Part shown: positions 7,191-15,159 of the stretch, piece by piece
Layout: every line of letters begins with the position of its first letter
How positions within the stretch are numbered: position 1 is the first letter of the stretch
Source of the DNA: Candidatus Babelota bacterium
GTDB lineage: Bacteria > Babelota > Babeliae > Babelales > Vermiphilaceae
DNA length: 32,000 nt
Reading direction: 5' to 3'
Assembly: GCA_039809905.1 (NCBI GenBank)
Contig: JBDHVY010000001.1
Span: forward strand, 1 to 32,000
The notes under the pieces: generated by a model
What the model saw: only the letters and a program-made list of their open reading frames with translations
What the model was told of the DNA's origin: nothing
Databases searched by the model: none
Translations under genes and position numbers: made by a program

Positions 7191-9080
7191 ATGACATATC
7201 GCAATCTATTTTTTTCTGGGCTAATGAGCATGTTTTGCTTCATTTCATTACCTATGTTGGCAGGTATGATGCCAAATATGGAAGATTTTGAAAAAGAACT
7301 TTTAGAAGCAAATAGAGCAATTGAAGAATACGTCGCAAGTCTTTCACCAGAAGAACAAGCAGCATTCAACAAACAAGTAGAAGAATTTTCACAACTGTTT
7401 GAAAATATGAGCGAGGATGAATTTGAACAGTTTTTAGGCGAAATGTTTGCTGATGAGCCAATGATGATGGAACCAAATCCATTTGATGTTCCTCAACCAA
7501 CACCACAAGAAGAAGTGGTTGAAGTTGTTTTAAGTACTGAAGATAAAAAGAAAGCAGAAACTGCTCTTGCCGTGCTTGATGATATTATTAAACAATCTAA
7601 CCTCTTTATGGTAATGATAAATAGTTCTTCAGATTTGCCAAACCGCATCAATCAATGGGCAAAAAAAGGTGACTTGCTTCACTGGCAAAGTGGAGCAGAT
7701 TGGGTAGCTTTCAAACTAGAACTTGATACATTTATTCAAAAGCTTTATAAAGCAGAAGAACAAGATTTAACAACTAAAAAATACAAATATCTTCTTGAAT
7801 TAATTGCTGATGAAAGTTTGTATAACAACCTTATTCAATTACAGACCGAGCTTAAAAAACTAATCCCAACAATCGAAATTCCAGAATTCAGTATCCAGAA
7901 ATTAAGTTCTGATACAAAAAAAGCAATAAAAAATGTTTTAGGTACCTATACAGAAAGTTTCTATTTACTCGGAACTCCTAAAGCACTTGATACTCTTTTT
8001 GAAAAATATGCACCAGAAGAAGAGAAAATACGTACCGCAGAAGAAGCGGCAAACAAAAGATCCCTTGAAGCCTCCAGAATGACGAGAACTCCTGCGGGAG
8101 AAACCCATGCTGGTATGGACGAGGATATGGGATATGGTGATTATGGTTATGGATACGATAATTACTATGGCGGCGGTTATGGATCTCCTTATGGTTATGA
8201 TAATTATGGCTATGACAATTATGGTGGTTATTCACCTGATTATGGCTCATATGGTTCTGATTATGGTACGGGCCGCAGTAATTCAGGTGGAAGAAGTGGT
8301 GGTGGCAGCGGTAGTTCCGGATCACGCGGCGAATCAGATTCTGAAAAATCAAAAAAAGATAAAGAAGATGAAGATAAAAAAGACAAAAAATCTAAGCCAG
8401 CACGATTTATACCTAACTATGATGTTGAACTAGCATTTGCAGATATCAAAAGTAATTTTAAAGATATCAACAGTCTTTTTGTAGATGAAGAAGAAAATAA
8501 AACCAAATTAGCTGATATTGCAAGCCATCTCAATGACGATAAAGAAGTGAATGTTATTCTTGCGGGAGCTACATTACCAACAGTAGAAAAAAAGCTTACT
8601 GCTATTTATGATGATCTTAAAAAAATCAATGAAAAAGTTGATGATAAAAAACTTAAAGCTGATGAATTAAGCTATTATCAGAAAGAAATCAACAAATTTT
8701 TTGATGACAATAAAAAAGAAGTGGAAAGCTTACGCACAGGCATAAATTCTTTTGAAGAAAAAACTGACGAACAAAAAGAAGCAGCAAAAAAAGAAGAAGA
8801 AGCTAATCCTTCTCCTGCAGAAAAACCTAAAAAAACCGATATTTCTGATCTTTCAGAAGAAAAACGATGGGCATATTTTGGTAAAGAAGTACCAGGTATA
8901 GATGAAAAACTTCAAGAAGCTATCACCTCAAAAGTATCACTGTTTGATATCAGAAGTAAAATTACTGACATTTTTGATGAACTAAAGAAATTTATGTCAA
9001 AAAAAATAGCTGTTCCAAAGAAAAAAGCTGAAACTCCAAAAGAATCCAGTTCTCCGGATAAAACTTTTGATCTTGATTAA
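7191..9080 (+). CDS. secreted acidic low-complexity protein with central G/Y-rich domain
   Basis: 629 aa. AAAGG lies upstream of the ATG. Leader MTYRNLFFSGLMSMFCFISLPMLAG. Acidic helical N-terminal half, a G/Y/S-rich block (approx 8112-8330), K/D/E-rich spacers and a K/E-rich C-terminal half. A strong terminator follows. Confidence 0.85.
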   Translation: MTYRNLFFSGLMSMFCFISLPMLAGMMPNMEDFEKELLEANRAIEEYVASLSPEEQAAFNKQVEEFSQLFENMSEDEFEQFLGEMFADEPMMMEPNPFDVPQPTPQEEVVEVVLSTEDKKKAETALAVLDDIIKQSNLFMVMINSSSDLPNRINQWAKKGDLLHWQSGADWVAFKLELDTFIQKLYKAEEQDLTTKKYKYLLELIADESLYNNLIQLQTELKKLIPTIEIPEFSIQKLSSDTKKAIKNVLGTYTESFYLLGTPKALDTLFEKYAPEEEKIRTAEEAANKRSLEASRMTRTPAGETHAGMDEDMGYGDYGYGYDNYYGGGYGSPYGYDNYGYDNYGGYSPDYGSYGSDYGTGRSNSGGRSGGGSGSSGSRGESDSEKSKKDKEDEDKKDKKSKPARFIPNYDVELAFADIKSNFKDINSLFVDEEENKTKLADIASHLNDDKEVNVILAGATLPTVEKKLTAIYDDLKKINEKVDDKKLKADELSYYQKEINKFFDDNKKEVESLRTGINSFEEKTDEQKEAAKKEEEANPSPAEKPKKTDISDLSEEKRWAYFGKEVPGIDEKLQEAITSKVSLFDIRSKITDIFDELKKFMSKKIAVPKKKAETPKESSSPDKTFDLD

Positions 9081-9106
9081 AAGATAACAAGCTCATCCGC
9101 TATGTT

Positions 9107-9137
9107 AAAGAGGCCTGCATATGCAGGCCTCTTTTTT
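9107..9137 (+). terminator. rho-independent terminator
   Basis: Palindrome AAAGAGGCCTGCAT|ATGCAGGCCTCTTT followed by TTTT, 27 nt after the stop at 9080. Confidence 0.9.
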
Positions 9138-9204
9138 GTTGCTGAAAGCTTTTCATAATATAGCAAGAATCATCAAGATAACCTTGTCTATTTTTTGTGT
9201 TTTT

Positions 9205-9335
9205 GCGCTCGCCCTTCAACGAGTTCCTACTTCGCCAAGGCTACGTCGGACACGTCAGAGCGAGCGCGGGATAAGACTTAAATCGGGTAATTTTAGCGGT
9301 GTACGCTATAGCACGAAAGCTATGTTTCTTTTTGA
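9205..9335. other. isolated GC-rich nested-hairpin element (candidate small structured RNA or relic of a GC-rich palindromic repeat)
   Basis: The 66 nt at 9205-9270 are 43/66 G+C by my count, against a ~30% background. GCGCTCGC (9205-9212) pairs with GCGAGCGC (9260-9267). This stem encloses CCTT..AAGG (9213-9216/9237-9240) and ACGT-CGGAC-ACGT hairpins. A small ATAGC/GCTAT hairpin plus T-run lies at ~9308-9335. No family recognised. Confidence 0.3.
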
Positions 9336-9430
9336 CAATATTAATTTGATTTTGTATTATTTTATTATAAACAATTAATTATAAATAGTTTATATTTGTA
9401 AAATCAAATCTAAAATTGAGAGGTTGCGCC

Positions 9431-9688
9431 ATGAACACATTAACTAAAATGACCATCGGATTATTGATATTTTATACGGCAGGATTCTTTGCAATGGATC
9501 GAGCTAATAATGCACTTAATCAATACAATGAACGAGTAAATAAAAGAGCATTTTTTGTTCAAAGAGCTATGAATACCATTAACAATCAAAATGAATCCAG
9601 AGAAAAACAAGGATTACCACGTCTTACTCCAGAAGAGATGTGCGTTATTTTTGAAACGCGAGAAAGCGATTCTGAAAAGCAAATCTAA
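9431..9688 (+). CDS. small secreted hypothetical protein (85 aa)
   Basis: The track ORF starts at 9416. ATG at 9431 follows GAGAGG. Leader MNTLTKMTIGLLIFYTAGFFA|MD. Confidence 0.7.
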   Translation: MNTLTKMTIGLLIFYTAGFFAMDRANNALNQYNERVNKRAFFVQRAMNTINNQNESREKQGLPRLTPEEMCVIFETRESDSEKQI

Positions 9689-9702
9689 GATAGGACCATA
9701 CT

Positions 9703-10830
9703 ATGAAAAAAATAGCTGCAATAACTTATGCCATTGCCTTGATGGTATGTGTTAATCTCACATGTTCAGAATTAAAGACTTTTAATGCCAAATCAAAAAG
9801 CTCTAATAAACCACTCAGTTTTGCTGAAAAAAAACTAGGTGATCATGCAAAAAGAATGGTTGAAACAACAACATATCAGCATGGCTCTTTTGAACACATT
9901 CGCGATTTAGCAATTTTAAGCGTATTACCTACTCCAATATCACAAGGAATATTGTCTCAACAAAGAAACAATATGCTAACATTTTTGGAAAAAAATGAAA
10001 AACAAGCACTGGAGGGAGTTAAAAATTATTGGGGTTTTGATTCAGCGACATGGTCAAATATTCTAGAAAAAAATAAAAAAGAACATGAATTTAATCTTGC
10101 AGAAATGAGAAAAAATACTGATAATCGAGCTACTTATCACAATCCATCTTTGCCTGCTGCATTCATGGTGGGAGTACAACGCGAATGTCTTCGGTATGGT
10201 TTTAATAAAAACAATTTTAACCTCGGAACAACGGATAATGTGCATGAATTAGCTCATTGCTTTGAACACAAACAGCTTGCGCCAAATATGTATACTCCTG
10301 CAAATGTTAACTTTAACTTACGTTATGCATGGCGTCCCCAAGAATCAATTGATGGCACAGCAACTCATGAATTTACCCACATAATAAAAGGTCATAGCTT
10401 GTTAAGGCAAAATATCGTCTATGGAGGCGGCGAGCAAATGATTAATAATATAAATGAGTACTGGCAACAAAATAAGCCAAGCTTTCTCGTTTTATTTAAT
10501 CCTTTTTATTCTATAGATGAAGACTTGAGAAAATTAGAACAATATTCTACAACGCAAATAGAGAAAATAGAGACTTATTCAGGTTCCTGTGAGGAAATGA
10601 ATCTTACCGCTGCTCAAGAAAAAACTGCCGATACTTATGTAATCTGTATCGATCCGCAAGCAGCAAAAAATGTTCCCTCTATTGTCCAATATTCAGGATA
10701 CACAGACAATCATAATGATATGAAAGTAATACACAGAAATTGGCAAGCAACTAGAGCGATCGAGGCTTCAAAACCATTGCGTCGAGCAATCGGCTCTGCG
10801 TGTGGCCAACAAGAATGTACTATTTTATAG
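9703..10830 (+). CDS. secreted hypothetical protein with two HExxH motifs (possible zinc metallopeptidase)
   Basis: 375 aa. Leader MKKIAAITYAIALMVCVNLTCS. Motifs NVHELAHCFEH and ATHEFTHIIKGHS. Family not recognised beyond the motif. Confidence 0.8.
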   Translation: MKKIAAITYAIALMVCVNLTCSELKTFNAKSKSSNKPLSFAEKKLGDHAKRMVETTTYQHGSFEHIRDLAILSVLPTPISQGILSQQRNNMLTFLEKNEKQALEGVKNYWGFDSATWSNILEKNKKEHEFNLAEMRKNTDNRATYHNPSLPAAFMVGVQRECLRYGFNKNNFNLGTTDNVHELAHCFEHKQLAPNMYTPANVNFNLRYAWRPQESIDGTATHEFTHIIKGHSLLRQNIVYGGGEQMINNINEYWQQNKPSFLVLFNPFYSIDEDLRKLEQYSTTQIEKIETYSGSCEEMNLTAAQEKTADTYVICIDPQAAKNVPSIVQYSGYTDNHNDMKVIHRNWQATRAIEASKPLRRAIGSACGQQECTIL

Positions 10831-10870
10831 TAATAAATTACGGTAAATCATTTCGATTAAAATTTTAGAG

Positions 10871-10902
10871 GCCTGCTGCTATTAAAGCAGGCTTCTTTTT
10901 TT
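10871..10902. terminator. terminator between convergent genes (9703-10830 and argR)
   Basis: GCCTGCT (10871-10877) / AGCAGGC (10886-10892), followed by TTCTTTTTTT on the plus strand. Confidence 0.75.
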
Positions 10903-11359
10903 ATCTCATTTTTAAATATGGAAAAAGCGATTCAAAGAGAGCAATAACTTCTTTGAGCGCAATTTTATTTTTTACAATAACCATAACAGTATCATCTCCT
11001 GCTATAGTACCCAAAATTAATGATTTTTGCTCATCATGAAGATCATAAGAAACATATTTTTGATCTATAAAATAAGCTAAGCTATTTGCATTACCTGGGT
11101 GAGTATGCAGAATAATCAATCCGGAATCGGAAGCCTTCATATTCAACACAACAGGCAAAGAAAATGAACTAAAATCAATAATCTTATAAACCCCATCGAC
11201 CTTAGCAATATTTAGTTTTTTGAGCTTTCTTGATAAGGTTGCTTGAGGCACATCGCATCCACGCAACTTCAATAACTCCTGTAGATCAGCTTGTTCTCGC
11301 ACTTGTTCATTCTGAATTATATTCATTATATGGTTTTCTACCATCTTTTTTGATTCCAT
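10901..11359 (-). CDS. argR: arginine repressor ArgR
   Basis: 152 aa. N-terminal winged-helix (QADLQELLKLRGCDVPQATLSRKLKKLNI) and C-terminal GTIAGDDTVMVIVKN oligomerisation/arginine-binding motif. Confidence 0.9.
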   Translation of the reverse strand: MESKKMVENHIMNIIQNEQVREQADLQELLKLRGCDVPQATLSRKLKKLNIAKVDGVYKIIDFSSFSLPVVLNMKASDSGLIILHTHPGNANSLAYFIDQKYVSYDLHDEQKSLILGTIAGDDTVMVIVKNKIALKEVIALFESLFPYLKMR

Positions 11360-11392
11360 TTTTTACTTTCTATATTCAAATTAAGCATATAT

Positions 11393-11410
11393 TTTGAAAA
11401 TATATTCAAA
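11393..11410. promoter_or_regulatory. ARG-box-like operator proximal to argR
   Basis: ttTGAAAatatATTCAaa compared with the E. coli ARG box consensus TNTGAATWWWWATTCANW. Lies 34-51 nt upstream of the argR ATG. Confidence 0.5.
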
Positions 11411-11415
11411 GCTGA

Positions 11416-11444
11416 TTGACTTGTCAAATATCTATTGCTATATT
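11416..11444 (+). promoter_or_regulatory. sigma70-like promoter for the DIT1/PvcA-like gene pair
   Basis: TTGACT (11416-11421), 17-nt spacer, TATATT (11439-11444), counted base by base. About 95 nt upstream of the ATG at 11541. Confidence 0.5.
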
Positions 11445-11449
11445 CATTA

Positions 11450-11478
11450 AGTGAATATTTATTGAATGCGCATTCATT
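11450..11478. promoter_or_regulatory. two overlapping ARG-box-like operators at the predicted transcription start
   Basis: agTGAATatttATTGAat (11450-11467) and atTGAATgcgcATTCAtt (11461-11478, perfect TGAAT/ATTCA palindrome), immediately downstream of the -10 element. Confidence 0.5.
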
Positions 11479-11540
11479 TTAGATAAAAACACGATTTTTT
11501 AACAATATCATCTAAATTCTGATCAATTATAAGGATTATA

Positions 11541-12707
11541 ATGAAATTTTATATAAAAGTTATGGCGATCCTTGGAGCTCTAACTATCTATAACAGCAAC
11601 TATTCGAGTGAATTACCTGGTTTTATTCAAAAATATCATAGCTCTATTCCGTCTCTCGAATATGATTCAAATAAAAGCTTTTCTCCAAAAGATCAGGCTT
11701 CCATTATTGGAAACTATCTTTGTAAGTTTATTCCACAAATCAAAACTTTATCCTTGAATGGGCATGATAAATTAGAAAACAAACTTGAATATCTGATCAC
11801 TAATCAAAAGCAGATACAGCTTGTTATTTTAGGTTTTCCTTTTAAATCAACTAATCATGAAAAAAAATGTTTGAGCTCAGAAGCTGACTTGGGAGAATAT
11901 TTAGGACTTACTACGCTTAATCAACTTGTGTACAACATTAAATTATTATATCCAAATACCCATTGCGCTATTATCTCAGATGGTCTTGCCTATCATATCA
12001 ATAATTATGATCCTTCTTATGAAGAAATTCATAATTATCATGCAAGAATAAACGATTTAACAACTCATTTTAAAAATGTATCATTTATACCATGGAAAAT
12101 TAACAACAAGTTGGGTTCGTATCAAGAATTACAAGAAGCTGTTGCTGCTGTTCCATTAGAAAATGAGGAAAATAGCGATCAAAAGCGCTATCAAGAAATG
12201 AAAGCTTTTGCTTCTAGTGAATTCAAGTGTACTCATTGGGAAAATTTTTTTCTCAATAAAGCTCTTAATTCATATAATGAAAGACAACAGTTTGAACAAA
12301 AAGAACTAAAGCAAAAAAACAAAGATCAAGCAATCAAAACTGAAAAAAATACTCTCATTGCAGAAAATATGAAGTTGATTATTCCTCAGCTTGTATATAA
12401 AGGAAAACAGTTTTCTACTTTAGTAAGCACGCAGTGGCCTGATTATGATGAATGCATACGTCTTTCTGTGCACTGTGATAAAAATGTTGTTGATGTATCA
12501 ACCAAAATACCCATAAATATTATATATGGACATTCAGGAACACCATGGCATAATGCAATAGTCATTGATAATACTGATACGCAAGTGAAAGGATTTGCTA
12601 AAGATATTTTCAAAAAAAATGATCTCAATCTTTTAGCTAAGTCCAAAAAAACATTTTCGTTAAAAACTCCCGCAGGTATACTACCATTATCATATATTGC
12701 TCATTAA
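11541..12707 (+). CDS. DIT1/PvcA family protein (isonitrile synthase-like), paralogue 1
   Basis: 388 aa. LVILGFPFKSTNHEKKCLSSEADLGEYLGL...LLYPNTHCAIISDGLAY matches the conserved core of the pyoverdine/dityrosine biosynthesis family (PvcA: FPAKSPN..KVLG..PD.AE...Y.PGA...I.SDG.VF). Hydrophobic N-terminus MKFYIKVMAILGALTIYNS. AAGGA SD. Confidence 0.8.
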   Translation: MKFYIKVMAILGALTIYNSNYSSELPGFIQKYHSSIPSLEYDSNKSFSPKDQASIIGNYLCKFIPQIKTLSLNGHDKLENKLEYLITNQKQIQLVILGFPFKSTNHEKKCLSSEADLGEYLGLTTLNQLVYNIKLLYPNTHCAIISDGLAYHINNYDPSYEEIHNYHARINDLTTHFKNVSFIPWKINNKLGSYQELQEAVAAVPLENEENSDQKRYQEMKAFASSEFKCTHWENFFLNKALNSYNERQQFEQKELKQKNKDQAIKTEKNTLIAENMKLIIPQLVYKGKQFSTLVSTQWPDYDECIRLSVHCDKNVVDVSTKIPINIIYGHSGTPWHNAIVIDNTDTQVKGFAKDIFKKNDLNLLAKSKKTFSLKTPAGILPLSYIAH

Positions 12708-12719
12708 TACGGATTTATC

Positions 12720-13739
12720 ATGCACATTAAAAAAATAGTCATTATCTTTACGGTTGTTTGTTTATCATTTTTTTTACAAGAACATTCGTATGTACCAAAA
12801 AATCATGCTTTATGTGATAGCAAAACAATAAAAAATATAGTTAATATTTTTCAACAACATACGTTAACATATGATATTGATAAAAAAAGTGTTAACGATA
12901 CAGATATTGCATTACATATACGCACGATAGATGAATATGCAGAATTATCCAGAAAGCTTGCTTATTTTATCAAAGAAGAAAAACCAATTATTCTTACTAT
13001 GGTAGGATTTCCATATAAGTCATCTAATACACAGGATAAAGTCATATCTTCTTGTGCAGATGCCGCCGAACGATATTCACTGGTCTATCTACAAAATTTC
13101 TTAAACCACATTAAATCCATTTATAAACCTGGTATAAAACTGCGCATTTTTACTGATGGGATAGCATTTTGCGATATAGAACAGGTGCCAGATGATATTG
13201 TAATGCAATACGAAGATACACTAAAAATCATAACGCAGGATCTTCCTGATATAGAAATATGTACCATGCGTGATTTATGTTCAAAACAATCCCCTATAGA
13301 AATACGAAAAAAAATATCAAACATGTATCCATCTCTTGAAGAATTTCATACTATGCTTGAAAATGATAAAAAGTTACAGGATGACACCAATATTCTTACG
13401 CAAAGAATGGATTTTGAGTTAGCTCTTTTATCATTGAGTGATGAACAAATCGCAAATATTGGATTACAAGAAATGCACAGAAGTCTTCAATATAGCACTT
13501 TTTTGAAACAATTTCGCCCAGAAGAAACTATTTCATGCTCTGTACACTACCAAAAAGATCTTTCCAAAAAAATTGGATTGAAATTATCTGATTCATGCGT
13601 AACTGCATGGCATGGAGTTCTTGTTGAAACAAATGGTAATTTTATTATTGAACACTTAAAAGATATTGATCTATCAAAGTATCAACGAACAGAATGGATG
13701 GTGAATGGCGTATCACTTCCATACTTGAAAAATACATAA
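12720..13739 (+). CDS. DIT1/PvcA family protein (isonitrile synthase-like), paralogue 2
   Basis: 339 aa. ILTMVGFPYKSSNTQDKVISSCADAAERYSLVYLQNFLNHIKSIYKPGIKLRIFTDGIAFCD is a closer match to the PvcA/Dit1 core. Hydrophobic N-terminus MHIKKIVIIFTVVCLSFFL. Starts 12 nt after paralogue 1. Confidence 0.85.
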   Translation: MHIKKIVIIFTVVCLSFFLQEHSYVPKNHALCDSKTIKNIVNIFQQHTLTYDIDKKSVNDTDIALHIRTIDEYAELSRKLAYFIKEEKPIILTMVGFPYKSSNTQDKVISSCADAAERYSLVYLQNFLNHIKSIYKPGIKLRIFTDGIAFCDIEQVPDDIVMQYEDTLKIITQDLPDIEICTMRDLCSKQSPIEIRKKISNMYPSLEEFHTMLENDKKLQDDTNILTQRMDFELALLSLSDEQIANIGLQEMHRSLQYSTFLKQFRPEETISCSVHYQKDLSKKIGLKLSDSCVTAWHGVLVETNGNFIIEHLKDIDLSKYQRTEWMVNGVSLPYLKNT

Positions 13740-13825
13740 ATATGGTTGCTTTTGAAATTTTTTACATTTTTTTATGGCTTTGCTATAGTAACAGCGAATT
13801 ATACGTCAAACAAAAGGAGTATTGC

Positions 13826-14500
13826 ATGTCTATACAAAAATTATGTCTTTTTCTATCGCTATTTAGCTTATGGACACATCACAGTTATTGCGCTATGAAT
13901 GAGATAGAACCCATTAAAATTGATAATGGATTATTAACAGAAGTACCAAAAATACTTCTTGCTACTAAAGGATATTTCTTCGATGGGGCTCGGCGTGTTA
14001 ATAAGGGTGTTTTGCGAGCAGATACTACATCTACTTTAGCAGAGTTAATGGCTATAAATCGTACAGAAATAGAGTTTGATCCTCTACAAAGAGGCATTCC
14101 CTATCTACTATTTTTTCCTACGGTAGTAAAAGCAATTGATAACAATCTCATAAATCTTGGCTCATATTGTAAAGCAAAACACAAAGAAGCAAAAGAAGCT
14201 TGTCGTCAAAACAAAGCTATTTTTTATCCTTTTCAACAAGGATTAATTATTTATAGTAACCAATTATCAGATTTTAAATTTTTTAGAGAAAAGAAAAAAG
14301 AATTAGAGGATATGGCTCATCACAATTTAGAGCAAAAGTTTCTTGCTTACACTTCTTTATTGCATGTTATTTCTGTTGAACCTGATTTTTCTGTTAAGCC
14401 TAAAAAAGACAATACAACTGTCGAAGAAAATAATGTGAATGCAACAACTAATAGCTTGGCACAAAGCGTTTTGAATTTCTTTGGAATTAACCCGAATTAA
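13826..14500 (+). CDS. secreted hypothetical protein (224 aa)
   Basis: The track ORF starts at 13694 and overlaps the previous gene. ATG at 13826 follows AAGGAG. Leader MSIQKLCLFLSLFSLWTHHSYCA|MN. Confidence 0.8.
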   Translation: MSIQKLCLFLSLFSLWTHHSYCAMNEIEPIKIDNGLLTEVPKILLATKGYFFDGARRVNKGVLRADTTSTLAELMAINRTEIEFDPLQRGIPYLLFFPTVVKAIDNNLINLGSYCKAKHKEAKEACRQNKAIFYPFQQGLIIYSNQLSDFKFFREKKKELEDMAHHNLEQKFLAYTSLLHVISVEPDFSVKPKKDNTTVEENNVNATTNSLAQSVLNFFGINPN

Positions 14501-14521
14501 AATTTAAATTTTTTCAAAGAT

Positions 14522-14558
14522 AAAAGAAGGGCCTGTAATTTACAGGCCCTTCTTTTAT
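14522..14558 (+). terminator. rho-independent terminator
   Basis: Perfect 16-bp stem AAAAGAAGGGCCTGTA (14522-14537) / TACAGGCCCTTCTTTT (14541-14556) with a 3-nt loop. Confidence 0.9.
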
Positions 14559-14698
14559 TGCTATGTAACTATTGGTGATTCATTTTACCTGATTTTTGAA
14601 TACTTCAGAAAAATTAAATTAAACTGTTTACTTTTGCCCTACTTGTAAAATATACTCAAATAGAGTATATTTGTTTAAAAAAAAAAGGGAGACGTGTC

Positions 14699-14989
14699 AT
14701 GAAAAAAATGATACTGATAGCTATTATAGCAGCAACAACTGCTTGCCAGATAGATGCAAAACTGACCCAAGCCGCACTTGCCAAGATAACCAGCACAGAT
14801 TTTGATACAATAATGGGATCTTCTTCAAGAGAAATGTCACAGCAAAGACTGAATAGATCTTGGCGTAATTTTTCATCATATCAAAAAAAGGATATTCTTT
14901 TGCATATGTATGAAGAAGGCGCATTATCTGAAGATGATGTAGTTAATTGGAATCTGAATCAGATACCACAAATCACTATCGGTGGATAA
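14699..14989 (+). CDS. small secreted protein, paralogue A (96 aa)
   Basis: GGGAGA SD. Leader MKKMILIAIIAATTACQIDA. The C-terminal 38 aa are nearly identical to paralogue B. Candidate promoter TTGTAA (14643-14648), 17-nt spacer, TATATT (14666-14671). Confidence 0.85.
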   Translation: MKKMILIAIIAATTACQIDAKLTQAALAKITSTDFDTIMGSSSREMSQQRLNRSWRNFSSYQKKDILLHMYEEGALSEDDVVNWNLNQIPQITIGG

Positions 14990-14999
14990 TATTGAGAAC

Positions 15000-15037
15000 A
15001 ATAAAGGATGAGATAATTGATTATCTCATCCTTTATT
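15000..15037 (+). terminator. hairpin terminator after paralogue A
   Basis: Perfect 17-bp stem AATAAAGGATGAGATAA (15000-15016) / TTATCTCATCCTTTATT (15021-15037) with a 4-nt loop. The T-tail is modest. Confidence 0.65.
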
Positions 15038-15041
15038 GTTC

Positions 15042-15138
15042 TTATCTTACTATCTTTCGACATCTTCTACATAAATTATTAGGATCACCTTTTCCCCGCT
15101 GCATGTTCAACAAAAGTAAACAATTCTTGTAATTCCGT
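15042..15138 (-). pseudogene. relic of the ileS 3' end (duplication remnant, internally deleted)
   Basis: My hand alignment with 15546-15673: TTATCTTACTATCTTT(C/T)GACATCTTCT... and ...TTCCCCGCTGCATGTTCAACA..AAACAAT(T/C)CTTGTAATTCCGT. About 31-33 nt encoding the CPRCW zinc-knuckle segment are missing. The track ORF 15085-15297 ends ELQELFTFVEHAAGKR, compared with ileS ELQGLFARVEHAAGKK. Confidence 0.8.
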
Positions 15139-15159
15139 ATAGAGTAAGGGAGACGTATC

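Noticed and set aside
7978-8433. Track ORFs 7978-8352 (-) and 8107-8433 (+) with H/N/M/V-rich translations
   Set aside because: These are alternative-frame artefacts of the G/Y-rich microsatellite-like coding block of the 7191-9080 gene.
9205-9270. GC-rich element considered as SRP (4.5S) RNA or a tRNA, because of a GCCAAGGC word shared with E. coli 4.5S RNA
   Set aside because: It has no GGAA/GNAR tetraloop flanked by the conserved AGCA/GUCAGG symmetric-loop motifs, no cloverleaf, and no T-loop GTTCRANYC. The short shared word is probably coincidental.
9121-9378. 85-aa plus-strand ORF starting inside the 9107-9137 terminator
   Set aside because: It begins within a terminator hairpin and has no SD. 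Its only non-AT-rich part is the GC-rich hairpin element, so it is better explained as non-coding structured DNA/RNA.
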